Position numbers and translations under genes: made by a program. Source: Camelus ferus (taxonomy: Eukaryota). From it: a stretch of 64,000 nucleotides of DNA. The stretch covers positions 43,960,001-44,024,000 of the forward strand of contig NC_045696.1 in the NCBI RefSeq assembly GCF_009834535.1. The letters run 5' to 3'. Position 1 is the stretch's first letter. The number at the start of each line of letters is the position of its first letter. Under the pieces are notes generated by a model that saw only the letters and a program-made list of their open reading frames with translations, did not search any database and had not been told where the DNA came from. This document shows, piece by piece, positions 63,546 through 64,000 of the stretch.

Positions 63546-64000
63546 GGTGAGTGTTTGATAGTAAAATACTTAATGTCTAGATAACTCATGTCAGGCCTTT
63601 CAAAAAATGGTAACTGACTTGGTCTCGAGTAGATTTTAAGATTTGTCTTAAATTTAACCACAGCAGAAAATATTTTTAAAAATAGCCTTGCAAAAGTAAT
63701 TAATGAAGGAAGTGAGTAAATTAATTATTTTGTTTGCATATTACAATTAATAATGTAATTTTACTAGTGAGACAATTTAATAACCCCATTTCTCCTTTTT
63801 ATTCATTGCATATAGAAAAAGGCAGTCTCCATTTAAAAAAAGAAGTTGTTTCAGTTTCATGCTTTTCCATATTGTGGTCATTATGAGATCAATGAAGCTT
63901 CTATATGTCCAATCCAATTAAGCGTTAAAATAGTTATGACAAAAAAATCTGATGATTATAATGATCTTACTGGATTGACTATGGGGAAATTCCATTGTTG

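Noticed and set aside
63254..63661. 135 aa His/Thr-rich ORF and the opposite Cys/Val-rich ORF
   Set aside because: Artefact of the stop-free (TG)n tract.

Overview
AT-rich, CpG-depleted mammalian genomic DNA, most likely camelid (camel, alpaca or llama). That assignment rests on a Vic-1-like tRNA-derived SINE at 31771-31898 and on young L1 3' UTRs of a matching type. I find no intact protein-coding gene, rRNA, true tRNA or CRISPR array. Much of the window is decayed transposable elements: L1 of several ages, L2, MIR, MaLR/ERVL LTRs, an ERVL provirus remnant with gag and RT fossils, hAT-Charlie elements, and what appears to be an ancient Gypsy LTR/gag relic. Nearly all supplied ORFs are L1 fragments or chance frames. 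The most interesting structures are: (1) a ~400 bp local inverted duplication inside an old L1, flanked by a 10 bp direct repeat (58759-60068); (2) the Gypsy gag fossil (~13.8-14.6 kb); (3) an unexplained ~121 bp direct repeat pair (28204 and 29562); (4) a strong RFX X-box with forkhead motifs and a downstream splice donor (26.4 kb); (5) a pre-miRNA-sized hairpin inserted in an MLT1C; (6) a twin-primed L1 and a tailless L1; (7) weak candidate exons. Family names come from my recollection of consensus sequences, not from a database search. Boundaries of old elements are approximate, often to within tens of bp.
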